64,000 nucleotides of DNA from assembly GCA_964424775.1 (NCBI GenBank), contig CAYRJZ010000001.1, positions 204,748 to 268,747 on the forward strand, in the 5' to 3' direction. Both the position numbers and the translations under genes were made by a program. The notes beneath the pieces were generated by a model, which saw only the letters and a program-made list of their open reading frames with translations, had not been told where the DNA came from and ran no database searches. The stretch is from an uncultured Gammaproteobacteria bacterium (GTDB taxonomy: Bacteria > Patescibacteriota > Microgenomatia > Levybacterales > UBA12049). How positions within the stretch are numbered: the first letter of the stretch is position 1; the number at the start of each line of letters is the position of its first letter. Positions 1 to 7,124 of this stretch are shown piece after piece.

Positions 1-936
1 TCCGTCACCGAGAACCGTTCTTCCATTTTGAATGACATATGCTTGTCTATATCCTGTACTGGTAGAAATATCACCAATAGTTTTATTAAATGAGAAAACG
101 TCACCTGGTTTAACGAGAACACCGTTTAATTTTGAAGCTGCAAGAGTTAAATTATAAATTCTATTTGGTATCGACCCAGTAAAGAATGATGATCCCACGC
201 CAATTAATTCTTTAATACCCATATTGTTTACTTCTTCTGTCGTTATATCTGGTTGGGAAGTCTTAATTGGGACTTGAAGAGATAATGATCGTGGGCTTCT
301 GAGTAGCTGAGGAGTAACTTCATTTTTTATTTGTTTTTCTATCTCATCAATAGCAACTTTTTTTCCGTCTTTACTAAATTGAAAATCAGTTACTCTCCCA
401 TCCTCAAAAGTAAAGCTTGCATTAACAGGCTCAACATCAATTTTCTCCTGAAGTGGTTTAATAAGTTCCTTTAGTGTTTTATCTGAATAGGTATATGAAG
501 GTGAAAGTCTCACTCCATCAATATATGATTCAAATATAAGGGAAAGATCTGAGAAAAAATTACCACTTCTTCCGACACTATATGCCTGAGATGAAAGAAG
601 ATTGCTGTCATATCCGAGTCCCAACGCTTTTGCTGATGATGTTGCTGCAAGGTCAGAAGTCTCAAATGTAATAGTATTATTTTCAATTTTTTTATTTTTC
701 TGAACAAAATAATTCTTAACTTCTTCTTCAGTCTTTCCACCAAAGTTAGTATTTTCAATAAAGACTCCTGGGTATACTTTATCTTGATAAGATTGTTTGT
801 AGTAAATATAAACAAAGCTAGAGAAGAAAAAAAGGCCAATACATGCACCTAGCAAAAACCAAAAAGATGAGAGTATAAGCGTTTTTACTTTTTTATGTTT
901 ATTAAACTGAAAATGAATTGGGAGGTGAAAATTCAT
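1..936 (-). CDS. VanW-family protein, C-terminal part cut by window edge
   Basis: Hand translation of minus strand from ATG at 936: MNFHLPIHFQFNKHKKVKTLILSSFWFLLGACIGLFFF (N-terminal TM anchor) ... GDVFSFNKTIGDISTSTGYRQAYVIQNGRTVLGDG at the edge, typical of the VanW domain core. Frame is open to position 1 with no stops. Not in the supplied ORF track because it runs off the edge. The listed 510..848(-) ORF is an out-of-frame shadow of this gene. Confidence 0.6.
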   Translation of the reverse strand, partial: MNFHLPIHFQFNKHKKVKTLILSSFWFLLGACIGLFFFSSFVYIYYKQSYQDKVYPGVFIENTNFGGKTEEEVKNYFVQKNKKIENNTITFETSDLAATSSAKALGLGYDSNLLSSQAYSVGRSGNFFSDLSLIFESYIDGVRLSPSYTYSDKTLKELIKPLQEKIDVEPVNASFTFEDGRVTDFQFSKDGKKVAIDEIEKQIKNEVTPQLLRSPRSLSLQVPIKTSQPDITTEEVNNMGIKELIGVGSSFFTGSIPNRIYNLTLAASKLNGVLVKPGDVFSFNKTIGDISTSTGYRQAYVIQNGRTVLGDG

Positions 937-990
937 GTATAAATTGCTAGTAGCACGTATAAGGTATTATACTATAATTACGCATTTATT

Positions 991-2436
991 ATGGATGAAA
1001 ATGTTATCTTCAATACTGATAAGGAACAACAGAAGTCTTCATCTGATCAGACACCTTCAATCCCTGAAGCACAGACTGTCAGTCCAAGTCAGATACCAGT
1101 AGCACCCACCACTTCGCCTAGTGCTCCTTTGCCTAAGCCTCCAGCTCCTTCTTTTTTGCCAAAAATTGCGAAAATAATTGGAGTTATATTAGCCCTCGTA
1201 ATCGTTTTGTTTCTTATTGTACGATTTGTTTTCCCACTTTTTGGAAAAAAAGAGCCAGAGAAAGTAACTCTCACGTACTGGGGATTATGGGAGGACAGAA
1301 ATACAGTTCAGGGAATAATAGAGGATTTCCAAAGAGAAAATCCTCATATTACGATTGAGTATACAAAAAAGGATATAAAGCAGTACCGACAAAGTCTGAC
1401 AACTCAGTTGAGTGAAGGGTCAGGTCCTGATATTTTCCGTTTTCACAATAGTTGGGTAGGAATGATGCAATCATACCTATCCCCTTTAACGAGTGATGTT
1501 ATTTCACCTGATGTTTATAAAAAAACGTATTTCCCTGTCGTCTCTCGAGATCTTATACGTAATGGAGGAATTTATGGAGTGCCTCTTGGATTTGATTCTC
1601 TTGCACTTTTTGTTAATACCGATATATTTGAAGGAGCTGGTTCATCTGTCCCCAAAACATGGGATGATTTTATTATTGTTGCAAAGGAGCTCACAGTGAA
1701 AGATGGTGCTGCTTCTATTCAGACGGCAGGCGCAGCACTTGGAACTTATGACAATATTACTCATGCTCCAGACATTATTGCACTTCTTATGGCACAAAAT
1801 GGAACAGATTTTGCTAATTTTAAAAAAACACAAACCAATGTTTCTCAAGCTCTTGAATTTTATCGCGCATTTGCATCTGGTGAAGGGAGTGTCTGGAATA
1901 ACACTCTGGATCCATCAGTGATAGCTTTTGCGAAAGGGAATTTAGCAATGTATTTTGGTTATTCCTGGGATATTTTTACCCTTAATGAGCTGAATAAAGA
2001 ATTAAAATATAGTGTTCACCCCGTCCCAAGCCTGCCTGGAAGATCAATGACAGTTGCTAGTTACTGGGTCGAGGGTGTATCAAATAAAAGTAAGTATCAA
2101 AAAGAAGCAATGCTATTTATGCAGTACTTAACAAAGAGAGAAACAGTGGAGAAATTCTATACAGAAGTTTCAAAGACTCGGCTTTTTGGAGAACTCTATC
2201 CTCGGCCTGATTTGGCACAAACACTTCAGTCAAATCCTAAGATCTATCCCTTTGTTTCTCAGGGAAATACTGCAGTTTCCACTTACTTTGTAAGTGATAC
2301 ATATGATGAAGGAATTAATGGTCAAATGAATGCCTATTTAGGAAACGCAGTTAGAGGAACTAATTCAAGCCAGACCTCTGTAGAAACACTTGCCCAAGGA
2401 GTAGAACAGGTACTCTCCAAATACGGGCGATGGTAA
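991..2436 (+). CDS. extracellular solute-binding protein of an ABC transporter (family 1, sugar-type)
   Basis: N-terminal low-complexity P/S-rich segment plus TM helix (IIGVILALVIVLFLIV). Then TLTYWGLWEDRNTVQGIIEDFQRENPHITIEYTKKDIKQYRQSLTTQLSEGSGPDIFRFHNSW and later AMYFGYSWDIFTLNE, classic SBP_bac_1 architecture. Confidence 0.7.
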   Translation: MDENVIFNTDKEQQKSSSDQTPSIPEAQTVSPSQIPVAPTTSPSAPLPKPPAPSFLPKIAKIIGVILALVIVLFLIVRFVFPLFGKKEPEKVTLTYWGLWEDRNTVQGIIEDFQRENPHITIEYTKKDIKQYRQSLTTQLSEGSGPDIFRFHNSWVGMMQSYLSPLTSDVISPDVYKKTYFPVVSRDLIRNGGIYGVPLGFDSLALFVNTDIFEGAGSSVPKTWDDFIIVAKELTVKDGAASIQTAGAALGTYDNITHAPDIIALLMAQNGTDFANFKKTQTNVSQALEFYRAFASGEGSVWNNTLDPSVIAFAKGNLAMYFGYSWDIFTLNELNKELKYSVHPVPSLPGRSMTVASYWVEGVSNKSKYQKEAMLFMQYLTKRETVEKFYTEVSKTRLFGELYPRPDLAQTLQSNPKIYPFVSQGNTAVSTYFVSDTYDEGINGQMNAYLGNAVRGTNSSQTSVETLAQGVEQVLSKYGRW

Positions 2437-3287
2437 AAAAAGCTATTCTCAAAACTCTTCATTACAGTGATATTTTCTCTTTTCCATTAACGGAGCAGGA
2501 ACTTTATTATTTCCTCCAATCTGAAACAAAGGTTCCCATTTTAGAATTCAAAAATCAGTTAGAGACAATAAGGGAGATAGCTTTTATGAATGGATATTAC
2601 TGTCTCAAGGGAAAGGAAAAAGTTATTCAGAAGAGAATTCGTCATAAAGGATCGAATGAAGCCAAAATACACGATGCGAAAAGAGTAGCGTCACTTCTCA
2701 GTTTTATTCCGTCAATTCTTTTTATTGGGTTGAGTGGAGGTGTTGCTGCTGGAAGTGGGAGAAATGATGAAGATATTGATTTATTTATTATTACTCAAAA
2801 GAATACGCTTTATGCGACACGTTTTTTTAGTATATTGTTAACAGTTATTCTTGGACGAAAAAGAAAACGGGGAGTACTTCATTCACCAGATAGTATATGT
2901 CTTAATATTTTTTTGAGCGAAGATAACCTTTTATTTCCTCCGATGAGACAAGATCTCTATACAGCCCGTGAAATAGCTCAGCTATACCCTCTTATGGATA
3001 GAGATAATATATATAAAAAATTTCTCACTGAGAATACATGGCGACTACTATTTCTTCCACATACGCGTAATGGGAGAGATATTCCTTACATAAAAAAAGA
3101 AAGAAGAAACTGCCGTGTTATTTCATTAATGGAAAAGCCATTATTTTTTCTTCAGTTATTGTTTATTCAGCGGCATAAAACGACAGAAACTATCTCGAAA
3201 GATGTCGTATTTTTTCACCCGAGGGATAAAAGAAAACAGGTTTTAGATGTTTTCTATAAGAAAATTCAGCAACAAAAATTATTATAA
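2430..3287 (+). CDS. hypothetical protein with putative pol-beta-type nucleotidyltransferase motif
   Basis: Start overlaps the SBP stop by 7 nt. Segment IGLSGGVAAGSGRNDEDIDLFIIT fits the [GS]-x(9-13)-DxD minimal nucleotidyltransferase motif. No further family recognised. Confidence 0.4.
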   Translation: MVKKAILKTLHYSDIFSFPLTEQELYYFLQSETKVPILEFKNQLETIREIAFMNGYYCLKGKEKVIQKRIRHKGSNEAKIHDAKRVASLLSFIPSILFIGLSGGVAAGSGRNDEDIDLFIITQKNTLYATRFFSILLTVILGRKRKRGVLHSPDSICLNIFLSEDNLLFPPMRQDLYTAREIAQLYPLMDRDNIYKKFLTENTWRLLFLPHTRNGRDIPYIKKERRNCRVISLMEKPLFFLQLLFIQRHKTTETISKDVVFFHPRDKRKQVLDVFYKKIQQQKLL

Positions 3288-3347
3288 CTATAGCATTTAT
3301 GTATTATAGAGATGATACCTACTTTTATAGGCTTATTTAGCTTCATA

Positions 3348-3376
3348 TTGACAAAAAAAATATATTTCTTTATACT
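3348..3376 (+). promoter_or_regulatory. candidate sigma-70 promoter for greA (TTGACA-17-TATACT)
   Basis: TTGACA at 3348-3353, 17-nt A/T-rich spacer, TATACT at 3371-3376, upstream of the greA start. Confidence 0.4.
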
Positions 3377-3439
3377 CGTCTAGAATTAAAACAAATGCCA
3401 TTTCTCTCCTCCAAAAAGGGAGAGATTTTCTTTATAAAT

Positions 3440-3907
3440 ATGGACTCTAAAAAAATATACTTAACAAAAGACGGACTCGAAGAACTCAAAAAAGAGTATG
3501 ATGAGTTAACGAAGGTAAAACGACCTGAAGTTGTTAATCGTGTCTCTGATGCGCGTAATCAAGGCGATCTCTCTGAAAATGCTGAGTATTCTGCAGCACG
3601 AGAGGAACTCGCTTTTATTGATGGAAGAATTGATGAACTGGATGAGATGCTCAAACAGGTTCAGTTAATTGAAGAAAATGCAGATGGACACCCAACAGTA
3701 TCACTGGGAGCGGAAGTTACCATTAACGTGAACGGAACTGAGGAAGTGTATAAGGTCGTTGGTGAATGGGAAGCTGATCCAGCACAGAAAAAAATCTCTC
3801 ATGAATCTCCACTCGGAAAAGCACTTCTGGATAAAAAAGTCGGCGAAACGGTAGAAGTTGAAGCTCCAGCAGGAAAAGTACTCTATACGATAGTCTCCGT
3901 TAAGTAA
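3440..3907 (+). CDS. greA: transcription elongation factor GreA
   Basis: MDSKKIYLTKDGLEELKKEYDELTKVKRPEVVNRVSDARNQGDLSENAEYSAAREELAFIDGRIDELDEML... coiled-coil then FKBP-like C-domain. The ORF track starts at 3395, but the Met at 3440 gives the canonical GreA N-terminus. Confidence 0.85.
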   Translation: MDSKKIYLTKDGLEELKKEYDELTKVKRPEVVNRVSDARNQGDLSENAEYSAAREELAFIDGRIDELDEMLKQVQLIEENADGHPTVSLGAEVTINVNGTEEVYKVVGEWEADPAQKKISHESPLGKALLDKKVGETVEVEAPAGKVLYTIVSVK

Positions 3908-3930
3908 TATTTTGACTTAACGATCCTTTC

Positions 3931-4899
3931 ATGAAAGTTCATCAGAATTTACCTCTCTCTTCTCTTACGTATTATCATATCGGTGGAATTGCAAAATATG
4001 TCCTAGAAGTATCGTCAACAGCTGATTTGGATGAAGCATTATATTTTTTAAAAAAAGAAAAAATTGAAAAGGTGCAAATACTTGGATTTGGTGCCAACAT
4101 TTTGCTGCCTGATGAAGATTTCGATGGTGCAGTTTTATGGCTTCATGGTAAAGGTTCATCTATAGAGCTAATTGAGGAGACAGAGGTGAAAGTTTTTGCA
4201 GGAGAGACTATGAACTCACTTATTCTTTTTACATTTAGCCAAGGGCTTGTAGGACTCGAATGGGCAGGAGGCCTTCCAAGTAGTGTTGGAGGAGCAGTGA
4301 GGGGGAATGCAGGCGCTTTTGGATCTGAAATAAAAGATACGGTCAGTAAAGTTGAGGCAGTAAACTACAAACAACAGGGTGTTGACTTCAAAGCTTTTAC
4401 AAATGAAGAGTGTCACTTCTCTTATAGAAATAGTTACTTTAAGGAAAATCAGTCTCTTCTCATTGCATCAGTTACTTTCAGATTGAGAAAAGGAACTGCA
4501 GAAGAGATAGAAGAAGCAAGAAAAGTGTATGAAAAGAACATAATTTATAGAAAGACTCATCACCCTATGGAATATCCATCATGTGGTTCAGTTTTTATGA
4601 ATGTGGTAAAACCAGATGAAGTTGAGAAAATTCTTTCTATCTGGCCAGATGTAAGGGAGTTGAGCGAGAGTAAATGGCACAAAAAAGTATCCATGGGTTA
4701 TGTGATACACAGGCTTGGTTTTACAGGAAAAAGAGTTGGCGATGCACAGGTATCACCAAAGCACTCGAATTATATTGTAAATCTTGGAGACGCAAAGGCT
4801 CAGGATGTAGAGGATCTCATTGAAGAAATAAAAAAGAAGTTCTATGACACATTTGGATTTTATCCTACTCCAGAAGTAATGATTTCCCAAAATACTTGA
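3931..4899 (+). CDS. murB: UDP-N-acetylenolpyruvoylglucosamine reductase MurB
   Basis: LTYYHIGGIAKYV..QILGFGANILLPDEDFDGAVL FAD-binding region. GLEWAGGLPSSVGGAVRGNAGAFGSEI and C-terminal MurB domain. Confidence 0.85.
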   Translation: MKVHQNLPLSSLTYYHIGGIAKYVLEVSSTADLDEALYFLKKEKIEKVQILGFGANILLPDEDFDGAVLWLHGKGSSIELIEETEVKVFAGETMNSLILFTFSQGLVGLEWAGGLPSSVGGAVRGNAGAFGSEIKDTVSKVEAVNYKQQGVDFKAFTNEECHFSYRNSYFKENQSLLIASVTFRLRKGTAEEIEEARKVYEKNIIYRKTHHPMEYPSCGSVFMNVVKPDEVEKILSIWPDVRELSESKWHKKVSMGYVIHRLGFTGKRVGDAQVSPKHSNYIVNLGDAKAQDVEDLIEEIKKKFYDTFGFYPTPEVMISQNT

Positions 4900-4971
4900 C
4901 AAAGCTCAAGAGTTATTTATAATAGGTACTCTTATGCAAACACGAATGACAATTGTTGCAAACAAGAAGAA

Positions 4972-5031
4972 CCTCTCGTAACGAGGGGTCTTTTTCGTGT
5001 AAACGTTAACCCCTCTCAGGAGGGGTTTTTT
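4972..5031 (+). terminator. tandem rho-independent terminators after murB
   Basis: Hairpin cctctcg-taa-cgagggg followed by tcttttt (4972-4996). Perfect 8-bp stem aacccctc/gaggggtt with 4-nt loop followed by tttt (5008-5031). Confidence 0.6.
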
Positions 5032-5055
5032 AGTGTTTGAAAGGAGGTGAATATT

Positions 5056-6090
5056 ATGATTCAAGAAACAGAACAAATTTTTTCAAGTACAGGAAGTGCA
5101 GGTATTTCTAGACGACCTTATGATCGACTTTATGGAAATGCTACTCGTTTCTCTTCGAGTTTTGATGAGGTGAGTAGAAACGTAAGCAGGGTGCAAGAAA
5201 TTGTTGATCAACATCCACGGATCTCACGTGGTGTTTTGCGCGGAATAGTCAGTGATGAAGTAATGCAAGCTATTGAAGGTACAGGGTATGAGAGACTTCT
5301 TGAAGTTGCGCTTCCCTTATCTGAATTCTTACATGACGAGTCACATCTAGTGTATTTTGCACATAATTCAAGTGGAAGAAATCAGATTATCCCTACTCAA
5401 GAAATGATCGAGGCTACTGGAGAAGATGTGATGAGAAGATCACCTGTCGAGAGAGTACATGAAGTTCTGAGATCTGGTCTAAGGTTTACTGATACTTTTC
5501 AAGATGATCAAATTGATCAGCTCCATGAATTATGGGGACCTACCTTTGGGTGGGAACGACACGAAGTTGACGCACTCAGAAGGAGACTTGAAAGTGCTCA
5601 ATACACAGATCCATCAGAACGCGATGTCTGGTTTAGTGCAATAAGAGATAACGGTACAATCATTAGTGCTGCAATGGCTGAACGATTAAGCATTCCAGGA
5701 CGAGATAGAGATCTTCATCTTGTTGAAAATACAGAATGGAGGACAAGGGATGAATATGCAGGACGTGGTCTTATGACATCGACTCTTGCTATGCTAAATG
5801 GACGCATTCTGTCAGACTTTAGGCGAGGTGGAAATGGACTACCACTCATTTATGCTGAATGCAATTTTCAGTCACGATCAGATCGAGCGGGGGGTGGAGC
5901 TGGGTTTGTTATTCCAGATAGGCAAAGCGCGCCCCAAATTATTGTCCAAAATGTACTCGTCAATGATGGACAAGACGTACCAGAAGGAAGTCTTCGTGAC
6001 TTTACCTTTATGTACTTACCACGGGAAGTAATAGAAAGTTATTATGATCCCGTACAAGTAGATACTATGCTTCAGCTCGCTGGAAAATAG
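5056..6090 (+). CDS. hypothetical protein with C-terminal GNAT-like (acetyltransferase) fold
   Basis: Strong SD AAGGAGGTG at 5041-5049, then ATG at 5056 (MIQETEQ). The track uses GTG at 5047. C-terminal region DEYAGRGLMTSTLAMLNGRIL...LPLIYAECNFQSRSDRAGGGAGF resembles GNAT motifs A (R-G-x-G) and B (N...A...GF). N-terminal ~190 aa not recognised. GC content slightly above neighbours. Confidence 0.4.
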   Translation: MIQETEQIFSSTGSAGISRRPYDRLYGNATRFSSSFDEVSRNVSRVQEIVDQHPRISRGVLRGIVSDEVMQAIEGTGYERLLEVALPLSEFLHDESHLVYFAHNSSGRNQIIPTQEMIEATGEDVMRRSPVERVHEVLRSGLRFTDTFQDDQIDQLHELWGPTFGWERHEVDALRRRLESAQYTDPSERDVWFSAIRDNGTIISAAMAERLSIPGRDRDLHLVENTEWRTRDEYAGRGLMTSTLAMLNGRILSDFRRGGNGLPLIYAECNFQSRSDRAGGGAGFVIPDRQSAPQIIVQNVLVNDGQDVPEGSLRDFTFMYLPREVIESYYDPVQVDTMLQLAGK

Positions 6091-6100
6091 TATCATATAT

Positions 6101-6127
6101 CTGTCAGTCGAGGAGACTGACAGGAGG
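6101..6127 (+). promoter_or_regulatory. perfect 9-bp-stem hairpin overlapping the Shine-Dalgarno of the downstream HDAC-family gene
   Basis: ctgtcagtc-gagga-gactgacag (6101-6123) read directly. The 3' arm overlaps the GGAGG SD, 6 nt upstream of ATG at 6134. No T-run follows. Confidence 0.4.
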
Positions 6128-6133
6128 AATATT

Positions 6134-7099
6134 ATGAATATACCAATTATTTATACAAAAAAACATGAAGCGCATAATCCGCCATATGAAATATATGACG
6201 GAGTAAAAGAGCCTTACGCTGAGAAAGCAGATAGGTTGAGGTCTATTGTGGATGAATTACAGAAAAATAATTTTACGCAATTTCAATCTCCTCGTCACTT
6301 TTCTAAAAACCATATTGAGGCATTACATAAAAAAATATATATGGATTTTTTAAGAAAAAAATCTCAGAGTCTAAAACTAGATGAAGTATTATTTCCTTCC
6401 TATTTTATGACAGATACTTACGCCCCAATAACGAGCGGGACATATGAGGCAGCGTACAGGTCGACTTACGTAGCATTAACAGGTGCAGATCTTATTCGAA
6501 ATAATAATAGATTAGTATATTCACTTTGTCGGCCACCTGGTCATCATGCTGATCAAAAATCAATGGGAGGTTATTGTTATTTTAATAATGCAGCAATTGC
6601 AGCTCATTATCTCTCTCAATATGGAAAAGTTGCGATTCTCGATATAGATTTTCATCATGGAAACGGAACACAAAATCTCTTTTATGATCGATCGGATGTT
6701 CTCTATGTTTCACTTCATGCAGATCCTCGGGTGAAATATCCCTATATTTCTGGATTTATTGATGAAGAAGGGATAGGAGAAGGGAAAGGATACACTATTA
6801 ATTATCCTCTTCCATTAGGTATTACTCCTCGAAGATATCGACCGGTATTGAGAAAAGCTATTCAAAATGTTAAAAAATTTAATCCACAGTATCTTTTAAT
6901 TTCACTTGGATTTGATACATATATTCATGATCCAATTGGAGGTTTTGCATTAACTATTCCTTTTTACCAGCAAATGGCAGAAGATATTTCAGCGATAAGT
7001 ATTCCGACTCTTATTATTCAGGAAGGAGGGTATAATGTAAGTGATCTAGGGAAAATGGCTGTCTCGTTTTTAAGAGGATTTGAAAAACTTTCGAAATGA
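6134..7099 (+). CDS. histone-deacetylase-family (arginase/deacetylase fold) protein, AcuC / acetylpolyamine amidohydrolase-like
   Basis: LCRPPGHHADQKSMGGYCYFNNAAIAAHYL...VAILDIDFHHGNGTQNLFYD...YVSLH: the PPGHHA, GFCxxN and DxDxHHGNG metal-binding signature of PF00850. Confidence 0.8.
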   Translation: MNIPIIYTKKHEAHNPPYEIYDGVKEPYAEKADRLRSIVDELQKNNFTQFQSPRHFSKNHIEALHKKIYMDFLRKKSQSLKLDEVLFPSYFMTDTYAPITSGTYEAAYRSTYVALTGADLIRNNNRLVYSLCRPPGHHADQKSMGGYCYFNNAAIAAHYLSQYGKVAILDIDFHHGNGTQNLFYDRSDVLYVSLHADPRVKYPYISGFIDEEGIGEGKGYTINYPLPLGITPRRYRPVLRKAIQNVKKFNPQYLLISLGFDTYIHDPIGGFALTIPFYQQMAEDISAISIPTLIIQEGGYNVSDLGKMAVSFLRGFEKLSK

Positions 7100-7124
7100 T
7101 GAGATTTCACTTATAATAAAGCAC

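Noticed and set aside
510-848. 112-aa minus-strand ORF in the supplied track
   Set aside because: It lies out of frame inside the longer VanW-family reading frame (1-936, minus). I could translate that frame without stops to the window edge, and it has recognisable domain content. The 112-aa ORF has none.
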